A stretch of DNA of 64,000 nucleotides from a bacterium (GTDB taxonomy: Bacteria > CLD3 > SB21). The DNA lies in the NCBI GenBank assembly GCA_008933615.1, contig WBUR01000002.1:28372-92371 (forward strand), read 5' to 3'. Position 1 is the first letter of the stretch, and each line of letters opens with the position of its first letter. Of the stretch, positions 32,503 to 41,699 are shown piece by piece. Below the pieces are notes generated by a model that was given only the letters and a program-made list of their open reading frames with translations, ran no database searches and was not told where the DNA came from. Made by a program: the position numbers and the translations under genes.

Positions 32503-33423
32503 ATGAAAACAGTATTCTCATTACTTATACTTTCATTCTGCTTAGTTTGTTCTGCCTATTCCCAGAGTACAAGCGGAAATGCAATGATTGTAAGCATTTC
32601 CGGCGATGTTCGATGCGCGACGTCACAACCTGCAATTCTAAAAACCGGGACTATCCTTGCGTCAAAAGACTCGCTTTTCTTAGGTGAAAAAGCAACGATT
32701 ACAATTTTGGAAGAAGACGGGAAAGTAACTACATACAGTCAATCATTTAGATTGGCGAGTAAATCCGAATGTAACCCCACACTCCAAAAGTTACTTAAAC
32801 AGGGCATACAAAGCCAAAACTGGATTGAATCTGCAAAAAAGAAACCGCGAAATAATTTCCGCTCCAACACGACTGACAACATCAGTATGGTTTATCCTCG
32901 GAACACCCGTTTGACGAAACTACCTGAGCGGCTGAATTGGACGGTATTGACTAAATCCGAAAGTGAATACGAAGTTTCAATTCGGTGTTATGAGAACGAT
33001 TTTTCATACGATCATACAACCGGAAACAATAGCCTAGATATAAGTTCGGATATATCGCTTTCAATCGGGCAGCAATATTATTGGTTTGTTCGGGATGTTT
33101 TTTCCGAACTTTCCGAAGTTCCTTCGGCAGTTTGGTTCAACGTTCTGGATACGAAGGAGATAAAAAAATTAGAACAGGAAAGACAAACCGTTGCGTTTAT
33201 CATGAATAACGACACACTCTCAGTTGCGTATCAAATGCTCTTCGCTAACTTGTTGATGTCGTATGAACTCTATGATGAATGCAAATCGTTATTGGATGAT
33301 TTATCAAAGCAAGACGGTCAGAACCATTTGCTCCACACATTTTATGCAATCATTTATGACAAAATGGATTTAATTAGCGATTCCAGAAAATATATCGAGT
33401 ATACTGATCAATATAGTAAATAG
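32503..33423 (+). CDS. Hypothetical secreted protein
   Basis: Signal peptide MKTVFSLLILSFCLVCSAYSQ. No recognisable domain. Confidence 0.45.
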   Translation: MKTVFSLLILSFCLVCSAYSQSTSGNAMIVSISGDVRCATSQPAILKTGTILASKDSLFLGEKATITILEEDGKVTTYSQSFRLASKSECNPTLQKLLKQGIQSQNWIESAKKKPRNNFRSNTTDNISMVYPRNTRLTKLPERLNWTVLTKSESEYEVSIRCYENDFSYDHTTGNNSLDISSDISLSIGQQYYWFVRDVFSELSEVPSAVWFNVLDTKEIKKLEQERQTVAFIMNNDTLSVAYQMLFANLLMSYELYDECKSLLDDLSKQDGQNHLLHTFYAIIYDKMDLISDSRKYIEYTDQYSK

Positions 33424-33542
33424 AATGGTTTTTTTTTGGAAATATGACAAAAGTCATTTGATTTATAAATAAAGTTTTTTACAATAGGTGGAACTTTAAT
33501 GGGTTGTTGTGCGTTAAAACGTATAGTTGACAGACAAAAAAT

Positions 33543-33968
33543 ATGATGATTTACAACAAAATAGTTAAAACGGGTATAGTTGCAATAACCATAACTGCAC
33601 TAATAGCGGTATATTTTAGTTCCGGTATGAAAATTTTGTGCTCGGCAAATGCGAGCGAAAGTATGACTTGTTGCAAGTCGGCTGACACTTCAAAAAATAG
33701 TTGCGATTCTCAAGGGCCGAATACTTTATCGCTTCAATCCGCACATAAGTGTCCTTGTCCTTCAATGCAAACGGGGCCTAATCAGAGTTTTGACGAAGTA
33801 TTGCCTAATACTGGAAAAGCAGAGTCAAAATCACAATCTGTTCAATGCACTTCTATTTCCACAGAAATTTACACAAGTTCCATCTCTGAATTAGTTTTGA
33901 CCGGTTATGTACATTCTTATTTATCTGCACATGAACGCCTTTCTCTCCTTCAAACCTTCCTTATTTAA
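33543..33968 (+). CDS. Hypothetical membrane-anchored Cys-rich protein immediately upstream of the metal-efflux operon
   Basis: N-terminal TM helix (GIVAITITALIAVYF), then …MTCCKS…NSCDS…HKCPCPS… Weak RBS; could be spurious. Confidence 0.3.
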   Translation: MMIYNKIVKTGIVAITITALIAVYFSSGMKILCSANASESMTCCKSADTSKNSCDSQGPNTLSLQSAHKCPCPSMQTGPNQSFDEVLPNTGKAESKSQSVQCTSISTEIYTSSISELVLTGYVHSYLSAHERLSLLQTFLI

Positions 33969-33997
33969 TCTCTTCTTTTTTTGATCATTGCTGTAGG

Positions 33998-34020
33998 TTG
34001 TTTTGACATTGTCAAAACAA
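33998..34020. promoter_or_regulatory. Perfect 23-bp palindrome (candidate operator) upstream of the metal-efflux operon
   Basis: TTGTTTTGACA-T-TGTCAAAACAA has 11-bp arms and a 1-bp spacer. It sits 80 bp upstream of the OMP gene start. A 1-nt loop makes a terminator hairpin unlikely. Confidence 0.45.
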
Positions 34021-34099
34021 TGTTATGCTATTCAGGTTATGTGGAATAGTGTGGCAACGCCGTAATCTAAAATGATGATTTCAAAAGAGGAAGATTTGT

Positions 34100-35377
34100 A
34101 TGTTTCATTCTATAAAAACCACGTTGTTTATTCTACTTGTATCACAGACCGTGTGTGCACAAACGCAAGACGGCTTAAGCCTTAATGAGCTTATTCAAGA
34201 AGCATTAGACAACAACCCGCAGTTACATTCTGCACGCCATCAAGCGGACGCCGCTAAAGCGCAAATCAAACAAGTGACCTCACTGGATGCACCGCAAGTT
34301 GGAATAGAGTTTTATCAAACACCGATTCAATCTTTTCCGATCGCGACAAAGAATAGCATGGAAACCGATTATTTTGTTCAGCAGATGTTTCCGTGGCCCG
34401 GAAAGTTATCCGGTATGGGAAAAATTGCAGAAAATAATGTCGCTATGAAAGAACAGGAATCGAAAGCGCTGGATAAGAAAATCATACGGGATCTTAAATC
34501 GGCGTATTATGAACTGTATCTAGTTCAGCGAAAGATGGAGATCAATGGAGAAAATAAACGCATCATGCAAAAGATCATTGATATTGCCCTTAAACAATAC
34601 GAAGTAGGCGCCGGAAATCAATCCGATATTTTGCGTGCGCAAACTGAATTGACAAAATTGACCAATGAAAGTTTTCTGTTGGAGAGGGAAAAAGGAATTA
34701 CGGAGGCTATGATCAATACATTGATCAGCAGACCAGCAAATCAACCTTTGGGGCGAATTGCAGAATTAGAGATTCATGATGTGAAAGTGGGCTTTGACCC
34801 ATTGGTTGCGATAGCCGAAGATAACCGTGCCGAACTAAAAGCTATGGGTTACAATATTGAGATGTTCAAGTCTGAACAAGCACTCGCGAAGCGCGAATTC
34901 TATCCCGACATCATGGTTCGCGGAATGTATAAGAACATGTCCAATACTTCAAAAGACTTTTGGTCGCTGATGATCGGTTTCAATGTTCCGATTGCGTTTT
35001 GGTCTAAAAATAGATACCAGGGTAAAGTCAATGAATTTGGTAAGCATATCAATCATGCAGAGATGGAATATCGGGATACGAAAAACATGATCGGAAATGA
35101 TATTCAGAATGCTTTGGTCATCATGGAGTCGTCGCGTAAGCAAGCGGATGAAATTAAGCGTCATCTTATTCCACAGGCAGAAGCGACATTAGAAGCAACG
35201 CTGGCGTCGTATCAATCGGGTAAAACATCATTCATCATGGCGCTGGACAGTTACCGGATGTTGTTAATGGCTAAACTGGATTATTCGATGAGCGTAATGA
35301 ATACTGCGGTCAGTGAGGCCCAGTTGGAACAGGCCGTTGGCTTGAGTATGAACGAAATTAAGGAGCGACTCAAATAA
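34100..35377 (+). CDS. TolC-family outer-membrane efflux protein (CusC/CzcC-like)
   Basis: Signal peptide. Two-repeat OEP architecture with conserved …YYELYLVQRKMEI… and …GAGNQSDILRAQTEL… segments. Confidence 0.8.
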   Translation: MFHSIKTTLFILLVSQTVCAQTQDGLSLNELIQEALDNNPQLHSARHQADAAKAQIKQVTSLDAPQVGIEFYQTPIQSFPIATKNSMETDYFVQQMFPWPGKLSGMGKIAENNVAMKEQESKALDKKIIRDLKSAYYELYLVQRKMEINGENKRIMQKIIDIALKQYEVGAGNQSDILRAQTELTKLTNESFLLEREKGITEAMINTLISRPANQPLGRIAELEIHDVKVGFDPLVAIAEDNRAELKAMGYNIEMFKSEQALAKREFYPDIMVRGMYKNMSNTSKDFWSLMIGFNVPIAFWSKNRYQGKVNEFGKHINHAEMEYRDTKNMIGNDIQNALVIMESSRKQADEIKRHLIPQAEATLEATLASYQSGKTSFIMALDSYRMLLMAKLDYSMSVMNTAVSEAQLEQAVGLSMNEIKERLK

Positions 35378-35394
35378 GTTGGGTCGTAATAATC

Positions 35395-38300
35395 ATGATA
35401 GAAAAAATTATTGATTGGAGCAGTAAGAATAGACTAATAGTTATATTTGCGTATTTGATTCTGACAGGATATGGTATATATGCTGTTTTCAATATGCCGG
35501 TCGATGCTATACCTGATTTATCGGAAAACCAGGTTATTATTTTTACGGAGTGGATGGGCCGGTCGCCGCAAATTGTGGAGTCCCAGTTAACATTTCCGAT
35601 CGTATCGTCTTTGCAGGGATTGCCGGATGTCAAAGCGGTTAGAGCGGCATCGATGTTCGGCATGTCCTTCGTCTTTGTAATCTTTGAAGACAATACGGAT
35701 ATTTACTTTGCGCGAACGCGTGTGCTTGAGCGGCTAAGCACGGTTCAAACTACGTTGCCGCCCGGGGTGACGCCGTCATTGGGGCCGGATGGGACGGGCG
35801 TGGGCCATGTATTTTGGTACACGGTCGAAGGAGAGGGTTATGATCTGGGAACCCTGCGTGCCGTGCAGGATTGGTATATTCGATATAAACTTGCTGCCGT
35901 TGATGGGGTAGCCGAAGTTGCCGGAATCGGTGGTTTTGTAAAACAATACCAGGTGGATATAAACCCGCTTCAATTACGCGCTTATAACATTTCAATTTCA
36001 GACGTCGTCAATGCGATCCAACGAAGCAATAATGAAGTGGGCGGCAAGATCATTGAGGCGAGCGACGCAGAATATTTTGTAAGAGGGCAGGGCTATATTC
36101 AATCGGTCGACGATATCGGCAATTCGCTTATAAGAACCGCGCCAAACGGAATTCCTGTTTTGATAAAGAACGTTGCAACCGTGCAGGTTGGCGGAGATAT
36201 CCGCAGAGGCTCTCTGGAAAAAGACGGAAAAGGCCAAGTAGTCGGCGGAATTATTGTCATGCGTAACGGAGAAAACGCTAAAGAGGTCATAGATCGTGTG
36301 AAGGAGAAAATTAATGAGATCTCACCGGGTCTGCCGTTCGGAGTTCAAATCGTTCCTTCCTATGACCGCAGCACACTTATTCGGGATGCTATCGGAACGC
36401 TTGAGCGTGCGCTGGTCGAGGCGGCAATCACCGTTTCAATCATGGTGGCCATATTTCTTCTGCACTTCAGGAGCATTTTGCGAATTATTATCGAAATTCC
36501 TGTTTCTGTGTTATTGTCTTTTATCCTCATGCGGATATTTGGAATCACATCGAACATCATGAGTCTTGGCGGTATCATTTTGGCAATTGGGGTCATTGTT
36601 GATGCTTCCATAGTCATGGTGGAAAATGCATATAGGAATATTGCGCATGCGATAGAAGAAAAAGGGCATTTGAGCGCGGAAGATTACAAAACAATTTCAA
36701 TATCATCTGCCAAGCAAGTCGGGCGGGCGATATTCTTTTCCGAACTCATCATTTTAGTGTCATTCCTGCCCGTATTTTTATTAACAGGACAAGAGGGAAA
36801 ACTATTTACGCCATTGGCATTTACAAAAACGTTTGTGATGATCGCTTCTGCCGTAGTAGTTATTACCCTAATCCCGGTCCTCATGACATTGCTTATGAAG
36901 GGAAAATTCAGGCCTGAAAAACAAAATCCTGTCACGGGCTTCTTCATTTGGATATACGAGCCCGTTATTCACTGGGTATTAAAATATCGCAAGACTACCA
37001 TTGCCATCAATGCCATTGCGTTGATTATTACGATACCGATGATCGTGAAAACAGGTTCTGAATTCATGCCGCCATTGGATGAAGGATCCATTTTGTATAT
37101 GCCGGTTACGCTGCCGAATGCCTCAATTACTGAAGTAAATCGTATCTTGCAGTTGCAGGACCAAATTATTCATACTGTACCGGAAGTTCACCATGTTCTC
37201 GGTAAGGCCGGTCGTGCTGAAACGGCTACCGATAACGCCCCGCTAAGCATGATTGAAACGATTATTGTTCTCAAGCCGAAGGAAGAATGGCGAGCGGGAA
37301 TTACAAAGAAAGATATTATCGCTGAACTGGATCAGAAGTTGCAGATTCCGGGTGTCCGTAACGGGTGGACGCAGCCGATCATCAATAGAATTAACATGCT
37401 CTCAACCGGAGTTCGTACGGATATTGGTTTTAAGATATTCGGCGACAATTTGGATACACTCGAATATTACGCAATTAAAGCAGAGCAACTACTCAAGACC
37501 GTGGATGGAGCGGCGGACGTAGTAGCGGAACGCGTTCAAAACGGATATTATCTCGATATTGACCTTAAACGCGAAGCGTTAGCCCGCTATGGCGTCAATA
37601 TAGCCGATATTCAAGACATCATAGAGACGGCCATTGGCGGACAAAATTTAGGTATTGTACTGCAGGAAAGAATGAGATTTCCTATTCGGATGCGATACGA
37701 ACGCGAAATTCGCGATAATATTGAAGAATTGAAAAATCTCATAATACCTGTGAATGTTTCCGGAGGAATGAGCAATACCGGCGGCATGAGTTCAGCAGGC
37801 GTAGCTTCTCAGAGCATGGTAAGTCGAAAAATGGGTAGTTCGCCGGGTATGCAAAATACTAACACGGATAAAACTTATGAAGCATCTTTGACAAACGGGT
37901 TTTCACTCACAACTTCCTCCGGTGATACAAAAGTCTATCTGCCTCTTTCATATTTGGCCGACATAAAGACGTTGACAGGCCCACCCATGATCAATAGCGA
38001 GAACGGTATGCTGCGGTCTATTGTTTTTATGAATACGCGAGGGCGCGATATGGGCAGCGTGATGGAGGACGCTAAAAATGTGATCACTGAAAAATTGGAC
38101 CTTCCGACAGGGTATACCTACACATGGAGCGGACAATACGAACATAAGGTCAGAGCACAAAGAACTTTGACCATCATTATGCCGGTCGTATTCTTACTGA
38201 TATTTTTCATGCTTTACTATACACTGCATGATTACAAAGAAGCGGGCGTCGTCATGTTGTCCGTGCCTTTTGCGCTGATTGGTGGTATGTATATGATTTA

Positions 38301-38745
38301 TTTTTTGGATTACAATTTTTCAGTTGCAGTCTGGGTCGGATTTATTGCTCTGTATGGGATTGCCACACAAACCGGCGTCATCATGGTAGTCTATTTGCAT
38401 GAGGCTTTGGACCGGCGTATTCGTGATCATGAAAAGGGACTGCGGGGCCCTGTCACCGTGAAGGATATTTATGACGCGACAGTGGAAGGTTCGGTCTTGC
38501 GGCTTCGCCCCAAACTCATGACCGTTAGTACAGCCATGATAGGACTCATTCCGGTTATGTGGGCAACCGGGGCCGGATCGGATGTCATGAAACCATTAAC
38601 GGCGCCTATGATCGGCGGGTTGTTTACATCGGCGGTTCATGTGCTGGTCGTTACGCCAATTTTGTTTGTCATTATGAAGGAACTCGCGCTGAAAAAAGGA
38701 AAACTCGAGAAATCTAAAATGGCGGATTGGATGAGAGAAGGATGA
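35395..38745 (+). CDS. cusA: Heavy-metal efflux RND transporter, CusA/CzcA (HME) family, with a Met/Ser/Gly-rich periplasmic insertion
   Basis: The N-terminus aligns closely with E. coli CusA (…PVDAIPDLSENQVIIFTEWMGRSPQIVESQLTFPI…IFEDNTDIYFARTRVLERL…GPDGTGVGHVFWY…). 12-TM RND topology. Insert at about aa 785-845. Confidence 0.9.
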   Translation: MIEKIIDWSSKNRLIVIFAYLILTGYGIYAVFNMPVDAIPDLSENQVIIFTEWMGRSPQIVESQLTFPIVSSLQGLPDVKAVRAASMFGMSFVFVIFEDNTDIYFARTRVLERLSTVQTTLPPGVTPSLGPDGTGVGHVFWYTVEGEGYDLGTLRAVQDWYIRYKLAAVDGVAEVAGIGGFVKQYQVDINPLQLRAYNISISDVVNAIQRSNNEVGGKIIEASDAEYFVRGQGYIQSVDDIGNSLIRTAPNGIPVLIKNVATVQVGGDIRRGSLEKDGKGQVVGGIIVMRNGENAKEVIDRVKEKINEISPGLPFGVQIVPSYDRSTLIRDAIGTLERALVEAAITVSIMVAIFLLHFRSILRIIIEIPVSVLLSFILMRIFGITSNIMSLGGIILAIGVIVDASIVMVENAYRNIAHAIEEKGHLSAEDYKTISISSAKQVGRAIFFSELIILVSFLPVFLLTGQEGKLFTPLAFTKTFVMIASAVVVITLIPVLMTLLMKGKFRPEKQNPVTGFFIWIYEPVIHWVLKYRKTTIAINAIALIITIPMIVKTGSEFMPPLDEGSILYMPVTLPNASITEVNRILQLQDQIIHTVPEVHHVLGKAGRAETATDNAPLSMIETIIVLKPKEEWRAGITKKDIIAELDQKLQIPGVRNGWTQPIINRINMLSTGVRTDIGFKIFGDNLDTLEYYAIKAEQLLKTVDGAADVVAERVQNGYYLDIDLKREALARYGVNIADIQDIIETAIGGQNLGIVLQERMRFPIRMRYEREIRDNIEELKNLIIPVNVSGGMSNTGGMSSAGVASQSMVSRKMGSSPGMQNTNTDKTYEASLTNGFSLTTSSGDTKVYLPLSYLADIKTLTGPPMINSENGMLRSIVFMNTRGRDMGSVMEDAKNVITEKLDLPTGYTYTWSGQYEHKVRAQRTLTIIMPVVFLLIFFMLYYTLHDYKEAGVVMLSVPFALIGGMYMIYFLDYNFSVAVWVGFIALYGIATQTGVIMVVYLHEALDRRIRDHEKGLRGPVTVKDIYDATVEGSVLRLRPKLMTVSTAMIGLIPVMWATGAGSDVMKPLTAPMIGGLFTSAVHVLVVTPILFVIMKELALKKGKLEKSKMADWMREG

Positions 38746-38790
38746 AGAATTTACGATCGATGAATAGATCAATTTAAGGAGGTAGTTTGT

Positions 38791-40086
38791 ATGAAATATG
38801 TTTTGGTTTTATCAATACTGATAGTGGCGGGGATTGCCGGTTGTTCAAATAAAGAGTCGAGTGGTGATGAAAAAGAGAAAACAAAAGAAATCTATTATTG
38901 TCCGATGCATCCGGAAGTTACTTCAGAAAAGCCCGGGGTATGCCCGATTTGCAATATGGATCTGGTAAAAAAGGTTGATGAGAAAAGGGCGGTAATGGAG
39001 GACATGCCAGGAATGATTAATCTGAGTTTACAAAAACAAGTTCTGGCAAATGTCTCTACGCTCAAAATTCAAAAGGAACATTTTTTAAAGGAACTTGTGT
39101 CCTATAGTTATCTCGATTTTGCAGAGCAAAATAGAAGGCTTATTTCTGCAAGATTTAACGGACGGATTGAAAAGCTGTTTGTCGATAAGACAGGTGACTA
39201 CATAAGCCGAGGACAGCCTTTATTTGAGATTTATAGTCCGGATTTGCTGGAAGCGCAGAACGAATATCTCATTGCACTTGAAAATACAGCCTCGATCCGC
39301 AAAACATCGTTTAATGACGCTGCCAGTACTAACACTTTAATCAAATCTTCACGCAAACGGCTTGAATTATATGGGTTGACGGATGAACAAATTGCGACCC
39401 TCGATTCAAGTCGTGAGTTACAATACACTATGACATATTATTCGCCTATTAGCGGAACGGTTATTGAAAAAAAGATTCAGGAGGGAGCATATGTAAATGA
39501 AGGCACGCTTCTTTATGATATCGCCGATATGTCCACCTTATGGGGTATTGCGGAAATTTATGAAAAAGATTTGTCTTTGATTAAAGTTGGCAACAGGGTC
39601 AAGCTTCGTCTTCCGGCATATCCGGATGAGGCTTTTGAAGGCTCTGTAAATTTTATATATCCTGTGGTCAACTCGCAAACACGCACGGTAAAAGTTCGCT
39701 CTGAATTTTCTAATGTAAATCACAAACTCAGGCCGCAGATGTATGGGGAGATTGTCGTTCAACAAGACATGGGAAAACAACTGCTGATTTCTCAGGATGC
39801 GGTTCTGTTTACAGGAAAACGTCAAATTGTATGGGTGAAAACGGCAGAAGACCATTTTGAGTCCAAGGAAGTGACTTTGGGAATTAAGAATGACGGGAAA
39901 TATCAAGTGTTATCCGGATTAAAAGAAGGCGATGAAGTAGCCGTAACCGGCGGATTTCTCATTGACTCCGAAAGCCAGCTTCGCAGCGGAAAGGCTACGG
40001 GACATCAACATGAAGGCATGAAAATGGACGATGATTCAAAGGATCAAAAAAAGGAAACAAATGAAAGCCCAGAACACAAACACTAG
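38791..40086 (+). CDS. cusB: Membrane-fusion (periplasmic adaptor) protein CusB/CzcB-like with an N-terminal heavy-metal-binding domain
   Basis: Lipobox IAGC. YYCPMHPEV…GVCPICNMDL is an HMBD/YHS-like Cys motif. The HlyD-like body …RLISARFNGRIEKLFVDKTGDYISRGQPLFEIYSPDLLEAQNEYL… follows. His-rich C-terminal tail …HQHEGMKMDD…EHKH. Confidence 0.85.
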   Translation: MKYVLVLSILIVAGIAGCSNKESSGDEKEKTKEIYYCPMHPEVTSEKPGVCPICNMDLVKKVDEKRAVMEDMPGMINLSLQKQVLANVSTLKIQKEHFLKELVSYSYLDFAEQNRRLISARFNGRIEKLFVDKTGDYISRGQPLFEIYSPDLLEAQNEYLIALENTASIRKTSFNDAASTNTLIKSSRKRLELYGLTDEQIATLDSSRELQYTMTYYSPISGTVIEKKIQEGAYVNEGTLLYDIADMSTLWGIAEIYEKDLSLIKVGNRVKLRLPAYPDEAFEGSVNFIYPVVNSQTRTVKVRSEFSNVNHKLRPQMYGEIVVQQDMGKQLLISQDAVLFTGKRQIVWVKTAEDHFESKEVTLGIKNDGKYQVLSGLKEGDEVAVTGGFLIDSESQLRSGKATGHQHEGMKMDDDSKDQKKETNESPEHKH

Positions 40087-40104
40087 GCTAAGGAGATAAA
40101 GTTT

Positions 40105-40476
40105 ATGAAAAGGACCCATAAACATAAAAATTACAACAATCGCATTTTATTGATTTCAGCTATTGGACTTCTTGTCTTTGCAATTGTTTCTTTGCTAAAC
40201 CTTGAGTTGGATGTAAAAGAGAACGTCGGGATATCAACGTCCAAAGCGACATCATCCGATGTTAGGGTAACCAAAATTGCATCGAAATTTATATGCAGTT
40301 GTGGAAGTTGTGGCGGTGAACCACTTGATTTATGTTCATGTGAGCATGCAGTTAAAGTGCGACAATATATCCAAGAGTATTTGTTAAATAATAAAAGCGA
40401 GGATCAGATTGTCGCCTTAATCAGCAAATCATACGGCGGATTGAAACCTCAATTTGAAAAAAACACGATAAAATGA
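40105..40476 (+). CDS. CcmH/NrfF-like domain protein with an expanded Cys cluster, membrane-anchored
   Basis: N-terminal signal anchor. …FICSCGSCGGEPLDLCSCEHAVKVRQYIQEYLLNNKSEDQIVALISKSYGG aligns with E. coli CcmH …LRCPKCQNN…DLRQKVYELMQEGKSKKEIVDYMVARYGNFV. RBS AAGGAGA lies 9 nt upstream and 18 bp after the cusB stop. Confidence 0.55.
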   Translation: MKRTHKHKNYNNRILLISAIGLLVFAIVSLLNLELDVKENVGISTSKATSSDVRVTKIASKFICSCGSCGGEPLDLCSCEHAVKVRQYIQEYLLNNKSEDQIVALISKSYGGLKPQFEKNTIK

Positions 40477-40535
40477 AATGTGTCTGAAAGTCCGAACACT
40501 TAACTAATTAATTAACGTACTTAAAGGGAGTATAC

Positions 40536-41054
40536 ATGCAAAATGTCCATCCTATGTTAATTCACTTTCCAATCGCTTTATTTCTGACAGCGATGATCTT
40601 TGACCTCGTCTCTTTTGCCCGTAGAAATGAATCTTTTGAAAATATGGCTTCTAAACTATTTATTCTCAGCGCTATTGCATTTATAGCGTCCGCTATCACT
40701 GGACTTTTAGCAGAAAACAGTGTGTCGCACAGCGAAGAAGCGCATCACATTATGGAAGACCATAAACTCTTTCAATTGATTGCTACAGGCATTTCTGTTT
40801 TTATTGCTTTACTAATATTTTTTGTCAAAAAAAGAATGCAATTGCTAAGATTAGTATTAACTCTTCTCGGTGCAGGATTCATGACGTACGGCTCGTACCT
40901 GGGTGGCGAACTTGTCTATAGGTTTGGAATTGGAACAAATGTGCAAGTAATAAAACCTGATAGCAATAGACAGAATGAGCAACCCATACAAGAAGTCAAA
41001 AAAGACTCTACAGAAACTGAAGAGCACTCTGATACCCACGAGCACAAACACTAA
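40536..41054 (+). CDS. 4-TM membrane protein, DUF2231-like, with a His-rich C-terminal tail
   Basis: MLIHFPIALFLTAMIFDL… plus three further helices. Tail …TEEHSDTHEHKH. Confidence 0.5.
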   Translation: MQNVHPMLIHFPIALFLTAMIFDLVSFARRNESFENMASKLFILSAIAFIASAITGLLAENSVSHSEEAHHIMEDHKLFQLIATGISVFIALLIFFVKKRMQLLRLVLTLLGAGFMTYGSYLGGELVYRFGIGTNVQVIKPDSNRQNEQPIQEVKKDSTETEEHSDTHEHKH

Positions 41055-41081
41055 TTAATTTTTAAAAAGAAAGAAACTAAC

Positions 41082-41666
41082 ATGAAGACATATGACATTA
41101 AGACTTATATAGTGTTGATTATCAGCGTCGCCGCGGTAACTCTGAACGGATGCATGATGATGGCAATGGGTGGCATGACTCATGACTCGCATTCTGATCG
41201 CGGAATACATCAATCTCAATCTGTAGAAATTCAAAAAGGCGATTTAAAAGCTATCTTGACCGTGCCTGCCCTCGTTATGGGGAAGGAGTCGGAAATTGTC
41301 ATGAAAGTATATGACCGCCATGGAATGGCCGTATCCGGCGCTAAAGTTACTATGCAATTTGATGCTGATCATGAGATGAAGAAGGATCACAATCACGGTT
41401 CTTTCGGTGGAGAAGAAAGGACTGCCGTAGAGACGGCGGGAAAGGGCACGTATAGCCTAAAACATAGCTTTGATCATCACGGTGCCATGCGTGTTACGGC
41501 GAAGATTTCCTATCAGGAGAATTCAGAGCCGCTTGTTCTGGCTATGACCACTGGGGTGTCACACATGCAAGAAAATCACAGCGGCCGCTCCATGACGCCC
41601 ATGATTATTGCAGGCGCCGCTCTGATGGCCGTGATGATGATTTTTATGATAGGAAGATACAATTAG
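41082..41666 (+). CDS. His/Met-rich lipoprotein with a FixH/YtkA-like beta-sandwich region and a C-terminal TM anchor
   Basis: Lipobox LNGC followed by MMMAMGGMTHDSHSD. His clusters DADHEMKKDHNHG and HSFDHHG. C-terminal helix IIAGAALMAVMMIFMIG. Fold assignment is tentative. Confidence 0.55.
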   Translation: MKTYDIKTYIVLIISVAAVTLNGCMMMAMGGMTHDSHSDRGIHQSQSVEIQKGDLKAILTVPALVMGKESEIVMKVYDRHGMAVSGAKVTMQFDADHEMKKDHNHGSFGGEERTAVETAGKGTYSLKHSFDHHGAMRVTAKISYQENSEPLVLAMTTGVSHMQENHSGRSMTPMIIAGAALMAVMMIFMIGRYN

Positions 41667-41699
41667 CAAATCATTATAAACTTAAAAAGGATTATTGCT

